From an uncultured Actinomycetes bacterium (GTDB lineage: Bacteria; Actinomycetota; UBA4738; HRBIN12), in assembly GCA_963704885.1 (NCBI GenBank), contig CAVPIB010000007.1:201975-265974 (forward strand): a DNA stretch of 64,000 nucleotides, given 5' to 3'. Within the stretch, counting starts at the first letter, position 1. Each line of letters begins with the position of its first letter. Made by a program: the position numbers and the translations under genes. The notes under the pieces were generated by a model. That model was not told the DNA's origin. It did not search any database and saw only the letters and a list, made by a program, of their open reading frames with translations. Positions 37,785-47,679 of this stretch are shown piece after piece.

Positions 37785-38099
37785 ATGGCGAAGTACCTGC
37801 TGCTCTACGGAGGCGGCCAGATGCCCGAAGGTGAGGCAGCTCAGGCCCAGGTCATGGCGGCTTGGGAGGCGTGGTTCACGGAGCTCGGCCCGGCGGTCGC
37901 CGACCCCGGTAACCCGTTCACGCCCGCCGCGAAGAAGATCGCGAGCGACGGCGCCGTGGGTGACACCCACCCCACAGCAAGTGGCTACTCGATCGTCGAG
38001 GCGGACTCGCTCGACATCGCGGCCAAGCTCGCCGCCGGATGCCCGGTCCTGCAGGGCGGTGCCGACATCACCGTCTTCGAGACCTTCAACGTGATGTAG
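37785..38099 (+). CDS. YciI-like (DGPF/YCII-related domain) small protein
   Basis: 104 aa beginning MAKYLLLYGGG; the size and N-terminal pattern are typical of the YCII-related family. AAGGAGGGGA Shine-Dalgarno. Confidence 0.55.
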   Translation: MAKYLLLYGGGQMPEGEAAQAQVMAAWEAWFTELGPAVADPGNPFTPAAKKIASDGAVGDTHPTASGYSIVEADSLDIAAKLAAGCPVLQGGADITVFETFNVM

Positions 38100-38153
38100 G
38101 AACCTCCACGGGTATGTGAGCGCGGCGGCGTCCTCGCCGCCGCGTTCGCGTAT

Positions 38154-38567
38154 CTAGGCGCGGTCGAGGACGATCACCGGGATCGTTCGATGCCCGGCGG
38201 TCTTCTCCTCGTACTCGCCGAACTGTGGGAACTTCGCCACCTGCCGAGCGTAGAGTTCGTCGCGTTCTGGCCCCTCGCGGAGGATCTTCGCGTTCACGGG
38301 GACGCTTTCGATTCCCAGCTCGATCGTGGCGTGTGCATCGGCCTCCAGGTTGAGGAACCAGTGCGGGTGCGCGACGTGGCCGCCCTTCGACGCGAAGATG
38401 ACCCACTGTTCGCCATCGGGCAGGTACATCAATGGACACACGTGCTCGCCTCCGGTGCGGCGTCCTGTTGAGTGCAACAGAAGGAGAGGCGCCCCTTCGA
38501 ACGTGCCGCCGACGCGACCCTCGTTCGATCGGAACTCCTCGATGACGTTCGTGTTCCAGTCGCTCAC
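38154..38567 (-). CDS. nitroreductase-family deazaflavin (F420)-dependent oxidoreductase (Ddn/DUF385-like)
   Basis: RRTGGEHVCPLMYL...HPHWFLNLEADAHATIE split-barrel motif pattern, 137 aa. Confidence 0.8.
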   Translation of the reverse strand: MSDWNTNVIEEFRSNEGRVGGTFEGAPLLLLHSTGRRTGGEHVCPLMYLPDGEQWVIFASKGGHVAHPHWFLNLEADAHATIELGIESVPVNAKILREGPERDELYARQVAKFPQFGEYEEKTAGHRTIPVIVLDRA

Positions 38568-38640
38568 GCGTACTCCTTTTCAAGGTGTCGCGGGTGGAAC
38601 CTGACGGAGCCGAGAAGCATTCCCGAACGACCGGCCCTCT

Positions 38641-39864
38641 TCAGCTGCTTCCCGTGACCTTGGCACGAGGTCGCTCGAAGCGTCCGAAGATGGCGATCAT
38701 GCCGAGGAGGATCATTCCCGGGACGAACAACCATGGTGCGCGTTCCGCCCACCATCGTGCCGTGCTGTCCGTCTCGTGGCCGAATCCGAGCGGCCAGAGC
38801 AGGAGCACGGCAAGCAGGTAGGCGGTCATGTGCCAAAGGAACAGTGTCATGATCACGCCGTTCACGGCGATCGTGAACGTCCACGGCCGCCGGCGTTGGA
38901 GCCATCTAGAGAGCCGGGGCCGAAGCAGCATCACCGCGCCGATCGACCACACGCCGCCGAGCATGAAGCAGACCGTGGGTGGGTAGGCGTTCGACACGGC
39001 CTCGATGTCCGTGCCGAGCAGGCTCTTCGGGTAGGTGCCGATCCCTGGGAACCAGGAGTAACGGATGTCGCCGAACAGCTTCCACAGGGGAGGGTTCGTC
39101 AGAAGGATCAAGCCCGAGAGGCCCGCGACGACCATCGCCCAGAACGCCCTGCGGGGCCATCGCGTCATGCTCTCATCGCCGTAAGCGTGTCCTAGCTGAT
39201 GTGGGAACAGCAGGACGAACGCCACGTTTGCCCAGCGAGCGAGGGGATGTCCGCCCATGAACCCGATCGCATCCGTGAGGAACGCTCCTGCGACCATCGC
39301 CGCCGGGACCCAGAGCCCGAAACGTCGGTGCAGGGCGATCGTCCACGGCGAGATGCAGACGACCACGACGTAGACGGCCAGGAACCAGAGGGGGCCGAAC
39401 GGGATCGTCGCGCCCGGCGGGAGCATTCCGCGCAGCAGTCTGGTGTCTCCCCAAAGAGGCGGTCCCGCGGTGGCGCCTATGTCGGCTAGGTGCAGCGCGA
39501 TCTGTACGACGGCCCATACACCCAGGAACACGAGCGACGGGCGCAGGAGCCGTGCGAGACGGTCACGGACGAACGCGCCGGTCGACTTGCCTCGCTCCTG
39601 ATAGGAATCGAACGCTACGAGGTTAGAGAAGCCACCCACGAAGAAGAAGATCGGCATCACCTGGAGGAACCAGGTCGCCAGCCAGAGCCACGACGTGAGG
39701 CCGATCGCACTGGTCGATCGGATGAACCCGTGATCCCAAGCGATCATCGCGATCGTCCAGTGGCCGACCACGACACACAGGATGCTCACTGCACGCAGGA
39801 AGTCGACATAGCGATCCCGCGTTGCGGGGGTCCGATCGGCCAGCTCGCCGATGCTCGCCGTCAT
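38641..39864 (-). CDS. acyltransferase family 3 (OafA/NolL-like membrane O-acyltransferase)
   Basis: 407 aa with about 10 TM helices, an N-terminal RYVDFLRAVSILCVVVGHW motif and FFFVGGFS. Confidence 0.85.
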   Translation of the reverse strand: MTASIGELADRTPATRDRYVDFLRAVSILCVVVGHWTIAMIAWDHGFIRSTSAIGLTSWLWLATWFLQVMPIFFFVGGFSNLVAFDSYQERGKSTGAFVRDRLARLLRPSLVFLGVWAVVQIALHLADIGATAGPPLWGDTRLLRGMLPPGATIPFGPLWFLAVYVVVVCISPWTIALHRRFGLWVPAAMVAGAFLTDAIGFMGGHPLARWANVAFVLLFPHQLGHAYGDESMTRWPRRAFWAMVVAGLSGLILLTNPPLWKLFGDIRYSWFPGIGTYPKSLLGTDIEAVSNAYPPTVCFMLGGVWSIGAVMLLRPRLSRWLQRRRPWTFTIAVNGVIMTLFLWHMTAYLLAVLLLWPLGFGHETDSTARWWAERAPWLFVPGMILLGMIAIFGRFERPRAKVTGSS

Positions 39865-39873
39865 GGGTCAAGT

Positions 39874-40560
39874 TCACGCGTCTCGGCGCGTCAGGTCAAG
39901 GGGCGAGGGCCATCGACCGTGGGAGAGCGTGTGTGCGTATGCGACGAGCGCGACGGCCACCAGGATGTGCCAGATCGCATGCCACTGGAACAAGCTCTCG
40001 GGCCGGCAGAGCGGCGAGCCCGTCTGGCCCAACAGATATGCGACTCCACCCAGCGCGATCGCGGCCAGACCAACCTTGCGGGCGAGGGCTCCACGCCGGA
40101 GACCCTCGGACCGGCGGGTTCGGCGATCGCCGGAGAGCGTCGTGACCTCGCCTAGGACCGCGCCCGCGGCCAAGGTGCCTGCGAACGGATCCGACGCGCC
40201 GTTGATGGCGGCAAGGCCCAGTCCGATGGCGACGAGACCGATCGCGTAGCCACCCGCCTGTATGCCTGGACGCCACCCAAGGATGTGTCCGAACGCGCGG
40301 ACCGCGATGAAGAGCAGGACGGCCATGATCGCGGCGTCGTGCGCCCACTGCGCCCAAGAGGGATCGGGACCGTGAAGCGCGAAGCTCCCAACGCCGTTCG
40401 CGGCCACCGCGAGCGCGAGCACCAGCAGGGCGGTGCGCGTCGTGCCTTCGCGCCGGAACGCGAAGATCAGGATGCAGCCGGCGGCGACCAGGAACGCCAT
40501 GCTAGATAGGGCGTTCGTGGGTTGGTGGAGGAAGCCCGAGACGATGAGTTCGCAGTCCAT
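39874..40560 (-). CDS. hypothetical polytopic membrane protein (ceramidase-like/hydrolase-like 7-TM, conserved His)
   Basis: 228 aa with 6-7 TM helices and a C-terminal WHAIWHILVAVALVAYAH motif. Confidence 0.45.
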   Translation of the reverse strand: MDCELIVSGFLHQPTNALSSMAFLVAAGCILIFAFRREGTTRTALLVLALAVAANGVGSFALHGPDPSWAQWAHDAAIMAVLLFIAVRAFGHILGWRPGIQAGGYAIGLVAIGLGLAAINGASDPFAGTLAAGAVLGEVTTLSGDRRTRRSEGLRRGALARKVGLAAIALGGVAYLLGQTGSPLCRPESLFQWHAIWHILVAVALVAYAHTLSHGRWPSPLDLTRRDA

Positions 40561-40673
40561 GGCCGTTCAGTCATCATCGCACCCCGAGCGCCGTGGCTAT
40601 CACTCGATCCCTCGCCAAGGATGGCTGGTTTCCCTGATGCTTTGGTCGACCCGACCTGTCAGACTCCCGACCG

Positions 40674-42065
40674 ATGGAGGGGCCGGCGCCAAGCGCGCCC
40701 GCTCGGTCGAGTGCCCTCGATCTAGCCTCCGCAACGCCCGCTACGCGGAACCGCTACGTCGACCTGATCCGTGTCGTCTCGATCGGGGTCGTCGTTCTGG
40801 GTCATTGGACGATGGCCGTCCTGGGTTACTCCGACGGCTCGTTTACAGGTAAGAACCTCCTGGAGATCGCACCCGGGTTGCAGATCCTCACCTGGATCTT
40901 CCAGGTGATGCCGCTCTTCTTCATAGTGGGAGGCTTCTCGAACGCGGCCTCGTGGGTATCGGCATCATCTCGCGGCGAGTCGTACGGTGACTGGCTTCGC
41001 GCCCGGTCGACCCGGTTGCTCAGGCCTTCGCTCTGGTTCGTTGGCTTCTGGACGTTGTTCCCGGTGGCCGCCGTCGCGTCAGGGCTGCTGTCGTCAGGCG
41101 TCGCCAGGGTCGGAGGGGGCGAGGTGGCTCTCCCGACGTGGTTCCTCGGCGTGTACCTGCTCGCGATCCCCGCGGTGCCCCCGCTGCTGGCTGCGCACCG
41201 CAGGTTCGGGGCTCGCGTCCTGATCCCGCTCGCAGGGGGAGCGCTCCTGGTCGACTCGCTTCGGTTCGGGCTCGACGTGACCGCTCTGGGGGTGGCGAAC
41301 TTCGCGTTCGTATGGCTCGCGATGCTCGAGCTCGGGTTCCTGTGGAAGGACGGGGTCCTGCGTCGACCCCCATGGCTCCCGTGGGCCATGGCCGGGGGCG
41401 GGCTCGCTTCGCTCGGGTTGCTGGTCGGTTTCTTCGATTACCCGGTGTCGATGATCGGGCTCACACACGGCATCCGGTCGAACACGCTTCCACCGTCTTC
41501 GGCCCTGCTCGCGCTCGGCGTGTGGCAGTGCGGCGCGATGTTGCTCTTCGAGCACGCGGCCAACCGATGGCTAGCGAAGACGCGTCCGTGGGCGGCGGTG
41601 ATCGTCGCGAACTCCATGGTGATGACCTTCTACCTGTGGAACATGACCGCGGTCGTCCTGGCTGCGGTCATCTTGTTCCCGACGGGGCTGGCACCGCAGC
41701 CGAACCAACTCAGCACGCCATGGTGGTGGCTGCGTCCGGCATGGATCGTCGCCTGCGCGATCTGCCTGGTGCCGTTCCTGCTGGCGTTCCGGTGGGCTGA
41801 GCGACCGGTTGGGGCAAAGGGGCGATATCCCAGTGGTGCCGCGGGTGTGGCGCTCGCCCTGGTGGGAACGGCGGCGGCCGCCGCAGGGTTCACGATCCTG
41901 ACGACCCAGGCCTTCCCGGTACCCGGCGAGGTCGTGTTGATGCCATCGATCGGCGTCGCCTGCGTCGTGCTGGGCGCCGTGCTGCTGAAGGTGGATCCGA
42001 TCGCCCCTCTACGCGCGGAGCGACGAGCGAGTCACTCCGGCGGCGCCTCTTCCTCCGTCTCTTGA
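40674..42065 (+). CDS. acyltransferase family 3 paralog
   Basis: RNRYVDLIRVVSIGVVVLGHWTMAV...MPLFFIVGGFSN, the same motifs as the 38641-39864 gene; 463 aa (the start may be a later codon). Confidence 0.85.
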   Translation: MEGPAPSAPARSSALDLASATPATRNRYVDLIRVVSIGVVVLGHWTMAVLGYSDGSFTGKNLLEIAPGLQILTWIFQVMPLFFIVGGFSNAASWVSASSRGESYGDWLRARSTRLLRPSLWFVGFWTLFPVAAVASGLLSSGVARVGGGEVALPTWFLGVYLLAIPAVPPLLAAHRRFGARVLIPLAGGALLVDSLRFGLDVTALGVANFAFVWLAMLELGFLWKDGVLRRPPWLPWAMAGGGLASLGLLVGFFDYPVSMIGLTHGIRSNTLPPSSALLALGVWQCGAMLLFEHAANRWLAKTRPWAAVIVANSMVMTFYLWNMTAVVLAAVILFPTGLAPQPNQLSTPWWWLRPAWIVACAICLVPFLLAFRWAERPVGAKGRYPSGAAGVALALVGTAAAAAGFTILTTQAFPVPGEVVLMPSIGVACVVLGAVLLKVDPIAPLRAERRASHSGGASSSVS

Positions 42066-42310
42066 TCAGGGGCGCCGGCGAGCTTGGCCTCTAGGGCCTG
42101 GATCTCCTCGACGAGTTGGTCCGCTTCGGCGCCCGCGGGATCGCCTCCGCTCCGCTCTCTGACGATCAGATATCCGAGCTTCTCGGCGAGGCCGTCCGCC
42201 TTCTTGCGGGTCTGCGAGTGCTCGACCTTGCCTTGAACCTGTGCCGTTCCCTTCTTAGCTTCCTCAGCGACCTTGCCGGCCGCTGCCTTCGCCTTGTCGA
42301 GCAGGCCCAT
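42032..42310 (-). CDS. small Lys/Ala/Glu-rich hypothetical protein (92 aa), CsbD-like flavour
   Basis: MGLLDKAKAAAGKVAEEAKKGTAQVQGKVEHSQ... from an internal Met. Confidence 0.4.
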   Translation of the reverse strand: MGLLDKAKAAAGKVAEEAKKGTAQVQGKVEHSQTRKKADGLAEKLGYLIVRERSGGDPAGAEADQLVEEIQALEAKLAGAPDQETEEEAPPE

Positions 42311-42353
42311 AGATCCATCTCCCTTCGGTCGAAACCCTACGTGCTCCGGTCTT

Positions 42354-42887
42354 CTAGAGGTATCGAGCGGTCGACATCGCCAGGACGGCGAGGAGGAGCA
42401 GACCAAGGCTCAGCCGGGCCAACTTCTTGAGACGGTCCTGGATCGCTCCGATCTCGGCGGCAACCTCGGGCGACGGCGGGCCGCCCGACTCCGCGACCTG
42501 ACGTCCGAGGCCCAGGAGCCGCATCACGTTCGGGCGGGTGCCGAAGGCGCCGATCGCAAGTGCTGTGATCGAGGCGATCATGCCCACCGTCATGGTCGCT
42601 CCGAACGACGAGGTGACCCAGTCGACCAAGGTCCCGTTCAGGTGCCAGTCGCGCCAGTAGAGGAACAGGCCGCCCACCACTGAGGTGAGTCCGAGGGCGA
42701 TGATCCGGTCGACCAGGCGCCGTTTGCCCAGCAGCTCCGCCATGAAGGGAGCCCCGGCGGGCGCTATGGCGGCCACGCTGGGCTGAACGTAGACCACTAA
42801 CAGGAAGACCGATCCGACCCAAAGGACTCCGGCCAGGATGTGCACGATCCTGAACACGACCATGTACGGGGCGATCGCGAGCGTCAC
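42354..42887 (-). CDS. hypothetical 4-TM membrane protein
   Basis: 177 aa of hydrophobic helices: MTLAIAPYMVVFRIVHILAGVLWVGSVFLLVV... Confidence 0.55.
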   Translation of the reverse strand: MTLAIAPYMVVFRIVHILAGVLWVGSVFLLVVYVQPSVAAIAPAGAPFMAELLGKRRLVDRIIALGLTSVVGGLFLYWRDWHLNGTLVDWVTSSFGATMTVGMIASITALAIGAFGTRPNVMRLLGLGRQVAESGGPPSPEVAAEIGAIQDRLKKLARLSLGLLLLAVLAMSTARYL

Positions 42888-42943
42888 GTACTCACTCCGG
42901 CCGGAATCCTTCTCACTTCGGCGCTATCCGTCGATGGCGCGTG

Positions 42944-43228
42944 CTACTTCGCCATGATCTTGCGGACCTCGTCCCCTTCGAAGGCGCGCATCGTCTGCGA
43001 GCGTACGTTCCCCAGGGACGAGACCTTGGCCAGGAACGCGACGGCGGTCTCGTCGTTGGCGAACTCGGTGATCGCCACCAGATCGCACTGACCCATCGTC
43101 CAGTAGACCTGGAGCGAGCCCCCCATATCGGCGGCGAGCTTCTGCGCGGCCTCCGCACGATCAACGGACTGGGCGGCGCTCTTGGCCCCCTCGTCGGTCC
43201 AGTTCAGCAGGCTGACGTACTTCGACAT
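42944..43228 (-). CDS. GYD domain protein
   Basis: WTMGQCDLVAITEFANDETAVAFLAKVSSLGNVRSQT matches the GYD family pattern; 94 aa. Confidence 0.75.
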   Translation of the reverse strand: MSKYVSLLNWTDEGAKSAAQSVDRAEAAQKLAADMGGSLQVYWTMGQCDLVAITEFANDETAVAFLAKVSSLGNVRSQTMRAFEGDEVRKIMAK

Positions 43229-43299
43229 GCCGACCTCCCTTCCTCGGTCGAACCCATCCTAGGACAGTCGGCGAACGCGTGCCCAGGGGCGACCGGCCC

Positions 43300-46200
43300 C
43301 TAACCGCCCAGCATCCTGAACGGCTCTGGTGTGTACTCGCCGAGTACGCGGACCCACTCCTGGCTGAGCAGGTCCCGGATCACCGGATCGTCCTTCGATA
43401 GCCAGGACAGGTGTCGCAGGCCATGCTCGATCACCTGGATCACGTCTATCCGCGCGGGCGCGCCGTGCGAGCTTCCACGTGCCAGCTCTGCACGCTCGAC
43501 GTCGTCCTCGGTCCAACCGACCGCGGTCTCCGGCACGACCGCCAGATAGGTGAGCACGACGCGGTCGCCCTCGGTTCGCCACGATGTTGAGTGAACGGCG
43601 ATCGGCTCGAGCCCGCGGGACGCGAGCTGCGCCAGAACCACATCGCCCGGCTGCCCGTCCGCGGTGCTCGCCACGCGAAGCGGGTGATCCTGGCCGGCCG
43701 CTCGCAACCAATGGAGCGCGGATCCGCGGAGCAGCACGGGGAAGACCTCGACGATGCCGTCCCCTCGGCCGCGTTGGGCCAGATGCTCGATCGTGCGGAT
43801 GCTGGCCTGAGCGGATGCGGCCTCGGGCGGCATCGTCTCCAGAGCTGTAGCCATACCGGCGATCACCCGGTCCGTCGTTCGTGAACTCCCGGCCAGGAAC
43901 GACGCGAACGCTTCCGCGCTGAAGAGCACGACCCTGGTCTCCGGGTCGGCCTCAGCCCGCCAGGGGGGATCTACTCCGGCGAGCGTCTCGACGCCGAACA
44001 CCTCACCCGGCCCGACGCGGGCGATCAACGCCTCGCCTTCCAGCAGCCGAACGAGGCCGGCGTCCACGCTGATGACGACCTGACCGGTATCGACCGGCCC
44101 ACCGTCGACCAGGTCTCTCGCGTCGCCCTGGTCGGAGACGGCGGTGAGCACCGCGGCGTCCAGATCGGCGAACCACGCGTCCATCGGCGGCGCCAGCAGC
44201 GAAGCGACCGCGGGACGCGCGATGTAGCTGGCGCGGGTCTCATCGTCGGGAGCGGTTGCGGCGATCGCGCGGGCGATCTCGGCGGCCCGCGCGCGCGCGG
44301 CGGCGGCGGCCGTCATGTGTCCGTGGGTGGAGAGCGCGTCCGCCTGGAGGGCGGACGCGCGCCACTGCAGCATCCGGTCGCCGCGGCGTGCCGCCGCGGC
44401 GACCACCCCCCGGGCCACTTCTTCGACATCCCCGCCTTCGCGGGCATCGGCCAGAGCCCTACCGTAGACAGCCCAGTCGGCCAGACCCAGCGCGTCGTCC
44501 CCGGCTCCCTCGGCCAGGTGCTCGGCCGCCGTCCTGATCGAGTTCGGATCGCCGTGCTCTTCGGCGCCGAGAAGCTCGATCCACGAGTTCCAAACGACAT
44601 CGAGCTCGACGCCCCCCGCTTCTCGCAGACCCTCCGCGAAGAGATCGGCGGCCTTCGCGGGGTCGCCATCCATCAACGCGAACCAGCCCTCCCAGGCGAA
44701 CGAGCGCGGCCTGTAGAACGATCCGCCGAGTGATGCGGAGATCTCCTCACACGTATCCAGGTCCGCGTGCAGCCGGTCGACGGCTCCCAGCTCCGCCCAC
44801 GCATGCATCCGGACGGAGCGCTGGGCCAGGTCCATCCGGGGCGTGCGCATGTCGGCGGCCAGTTCGATCGCGTGGGTTGGGTCGACGGCGGCCGCCCCCA
44901 GATCGCCGAGGACGAGGTGCGCCATCCCTCGGGACATGGCGAACCCCTCGTCGCGTCGGTTGCCCAGCTCGCGACAACCTTCGATGGACTCGTCGAAGGC
45001 GGCCAGGGCCGCGTGCAGCTCCCCGCGGAGCCAGTGGGCCCAAGCCACCATGTAGAGGTTGTGGAACACCATGGGCCGCTGGCCCAGCGTCCGGAACGCG
45101 CGGTCGGCCTCTAGTCCGTCGGCGAGCGAGCGGGAGAACGGCCCGAGGAAGAACCGCGTCTCGCACAACCCGTGCAGCGACATGGCCTCGCCGAGCGCGT
45201 CCCCGTGCTCGCGCGCGACGCGGATCGCCTCCTGATGGTGGGCGAGCGCCTCGTCGAAGTGCGCGCGACCGAACGCGAGCGTCCCCGCCGTGTAGAGAAG
45301 GTGCGCAACCAGATCGTTGGCGCCCGCCGCGCGCGCGTGCTCGAGGGCGTGAGCCAGCACGCCCTCCCCTTCGTCGTAGCGATCCTCCAGCCACAGCACG
45401 TGCGAGAGCGCCGCGAGCGCCCGCGCCTCGTCGGCCGGCAACCCGGCGCGACCGGCTGCATCGCGCGCGGCCTCGTAGTCGGCTTGCGCCTCCTCGAACC
45501 GACCCAGTTGTTCCCGAACCTCGCCCCGGGACAAAAGCAGGCGGGCCAGCACGTCGTCGGCTCCGACCTGCGATGCGAGCGGGACCGCTCGGTCGTAACG
45601 GTCGATCGCCAGCTCTGCGGCGAACGTCTTGCGCGCTCGGTCGCCGGCGCGCATGAGCGCCGCCAGCAGCGGCTCCCGCAGAGACGCTTCATCGTCGGTC
45701 CGCCCGAGCTCCACGGCCAGGTCGGCAGCGAGCACCAGGTGCTGGGCGGTCGCGTCGGCCAGATCCTCGCCGCCCGCGTGTTCGTTCAGCCACTCGGCCA
45801 CAGCTCGATGCTTGGACATCCGGACGGCTCGCGGGATGCTCGCGTAGGCGACGTCCCGCACCATGACGTGCCAGAAAGCGAGCTCCCTCTCGTTCGCCAT
45901 CGTCGAGGGCGTCGAGGGTCGCACCAGCTCCCTGCGGATCAAGTCGTCGATCATCGAACCGACCTGCGTGGCATCTCGATCCGCGAGCGACGCGAGTACC
46001 CCCGGCCAGAACGTTCGACCGACCACCGCGGCGTCCTGGACGAGCGACTTCACATCCGGTGACAGGGTGTCGAGCCGCGCGGCGACCAACGCCTGAACGG
46101 TCGCCGGCACCGCTGTAGGATCCGCGGCGCTCTCGCCCTCACGAACCGACGCGGCCAGTTGCTCGGCGTAGAGCGGGCTGCCTCCCGCCCGTTCGAGGAC

Positions 46201-47679
46201 GGCCGCGGTCATCTCGGGAGAGGCATCCGGCAGCACGGTCGAGACGAGCGCGGCGACATCCCGGTCGGCCAGTGGCGGCAGGGACAGGACCGTGGAGCGG
46301 CGCGCGCGCGCGAACCACGACGGGTGTCGGTCCTCGACCGCGGGTCTGGCCGTCACGATCACCAGGAGCGGGAGCCCCGCGGTCCGATCGGCGACGTCGG
46401 CCAGGAACCCAACGAGAGCATCGTCGGCCCAGTGCAGGTCCTCGATCACCACGACCGCGGGGCCGTCCGCGGCGAGCGACTCCAGGAAGGTCCGCCATGC
46501 GGAGAACGTCTCCGCGCGATCCATGGCCGCCTCCGCGTCCAGACCGACCAGCGTCGCCAACCGCTCCTGGACCCACGGACGCCGGCCGGGCTCCACGCCG
46601 ATCAACGCCTCCCGCAACTTGGTCTCCACCGCTTCCGGCGCATCGGTGTCCAAGATCCCTCCGTGCGCCTTCACGATCTGGGCGAGGGCCGCGAAACTGC
46701 CCCCGTCGCCGAACGGGAGGCAGCGACCCTGACGCCAGACGGGGCCCGGCGCAGCCTCGGAAGTGGCACGAGCAAGCTCACGGACCAACCGCGACTTGCC
46801 CATCCCCGCGTCCGCCACGATCGTGACGAAGCTAGTGGACGGATCTTCCGCCGCCCGTCGGTAGAGCTGGCTCAGCAGCCCAAGCTCAAGGTCCCGTCCG
46901 ACCAGCGGACCGGCGTCCGAGACGTCCCCGCCAAGGGCGGATGTTCGCTCCCCGATCACCCGCCAGATCGGGACCGGGGCGGCCTTCCCCTTGACCGCCA
47001 CGGGTTCCAGTGCCTCAAGCTCGAAGTCGCCGCGCGCGGCCCCGAACGTGGCCTCCCCGACGACGATCCCCATCTCGGGCGCGACACCCTGCAGCCGCGA
47101 GGCGGTGTTCACCGCGTCGCCGGTGACGTAGCCCTCGCCGGCCTCGGGCCGCGCGTCCATGGCCACCAGAACCTCGCCCGTGTTGATGCCGATCCGCACG
47201 CGCAGGCCGTCGCCGGCCGTCCCGAGCGACCGCAGTATCGCAAGGCCCGCCCGGATCGCACGGTGCGGATCGTCCTCATGAGCGATCGGCGCGCCGAACA
47301 CGGCCATCACGGCGTCCCCCACGAACTTCTCGACGGTGCCGCCCAGCCGCTCGATCTCTCGGCGCAGTAGCTCGTGGTAGGGCTTCAGCAGCGATCGGAC
47401 ATCCTCAGGATCGGCCCCCTCGCTCGATGCGGTGAACCCGACCAGATCGCAGAACAAGATCGTGACGACCTTGCGCTCGTCACCACGCGTCACCGGCTCC
47501 GTATCGGTCAGCCTCGAGCCGCAGCTGCCGCAGAAGCGGTTCCCGTCAGGGTTGGGTGCGCCGCACGAAGGGCAGCCGTCGGCCGAAGGTGGTCGATCCG
47601 TCACGTTCGGGAGCCTAGCGACCGGGGGAGTGGAGCGTGAAGGACTCAGCTCTGGTCGGGGATCACTCCACCGTGGCAA
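43300..47679 (-). CDS. multidomain signalling protein: Zn-ribbon + class III adenylyl/guanylyl cyclase catalytic domain + STAND/AAA ATPase + TPR repeats + about 430-aa unassigned C-terminal region (no LuxR HTH)
   Basis: CPSCGAPNPDGNRFCGSCGSRL; cyclase motifs VTILFCDLVGFTA...FVGDAVMAVFGAP...GINTGEV; P-loop IVADAGMGKSRL; long TPR/helical region. C-terminal segments such as GEVFGVETL and VVISVDAGLVRLLEGE are of unknown fold. 1459 aa, intact. Confidence 0.9.
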   Translation of the reverse strand: MPRWSDPRPELSPSRSTPPVARLPNVTDRPPSADGCPSCGAPNPDGNRFCGSCGSRLTDTEPVTRGDERKVVTILFCDLVGFTASSEGADPEDVRSLLKPYHELLRREIERLGGTVEKFVGDAVMAVFGAPIAHEDDPHRAIRAGLAILRSLGTAGDGLRVRIGINTGEVLVAMDARPEAGEGYVTGDAVNTASRLQGVAPEMGIVVGEATFGAARGDFELEALEPVAVKGKAAPVPIWRVIGERTSALGGDVSDAGPLVGRDLELGLLSQLYRRAAEDPSTSFVTIVADAGMGKSRLVRELARATSEAAPGPVWRQGRCLPFGDGGSFAALAQIVKAHGGILDTDAPEAVETKLREALIGVEPGRRPWVQERLATLVGLDAEAAMDRAETFSAWRTFLESLAADGPAVVVIEDLHWADDALVGFLADVADRTAGLPLLVIVTARPAVEDRHPSWFARARRSTVLSLPPLADRDVAALVSTVLPDASPEMTAAVLERAGGSPLYAEQLAASVREGESAADPTAVPATVQALVAARLDTLSPDVKSLVQDAAVVGRTFWPGVLASLADRDATQVGSMIDDLIRRELVRPSTPSTMANERELAFWHVMVRDVAYASIPRAVRMSKHRAVAEWLNEHAGGEDLADATAQHLVLAADLAVELGRTDDEASLREPLLAALMRAGDRARKTFAAELAIDRYDRAVPLASQVGADDVLARLLLSRGEVREQLGRFEEAQADYEAARDAAGRAGLPADEARALAALSHVLWLEDRYDEGEGVLAHALEHARAAGANDLVAHLLYTAGTLAFGRAHFDEALAHHQEAIRVAREHGDALGEAMSLHGLCETRFFLGPFSRSLADGLEADRAFRTLGQRPMVFHNLYMVAWAHWLRGELHAALAAFDESIEGCRELGNRRDEGFAMSRGMAHLVLGDLGAAAVDPTHAIELAADMRTPRMDLAQRSVRMHAWAELGAVDRLHADLDTCEEISASLGGSFYRPRSFAWEGWFALMDGDPAKAADLFAEGLREAGGVELDVVWNSWIELLGAEEHGDPNSIRTAAEHLAEGAGDDALGLADWAVYGRALADAREGGDVEEVARGVVAAAARRGDRMLQWRASALQADALSTHGHMTAAAAARARAAEIARAIAATAPDDETRASYIARPAVASLLAPPMDAWFADLDAAVLTAVSDQGDARDLVDGGPVDTGQVVISVDAGLVRLLEGEALIARVGPGEVFGVETLAGVDPPWRAEADPETRVVLFSAEAFASFLAGSSRTTDRVIAGMATALETMPPEAASAQASIRTIEHLAQRGRGDGIVEVFPVLLRGSALHWLRAAGQDHPLRVASTADGQPGDVVLAQLASRGLEPIAVHSTSWRTEGDRVVLTYLAVVPETAVGWTEDDVERAELARGSSHGAPARIDVIQVIEHGLRHLSWLSKDDPVIRDLLSQEWVRVLGEYTPEPFRMLGG

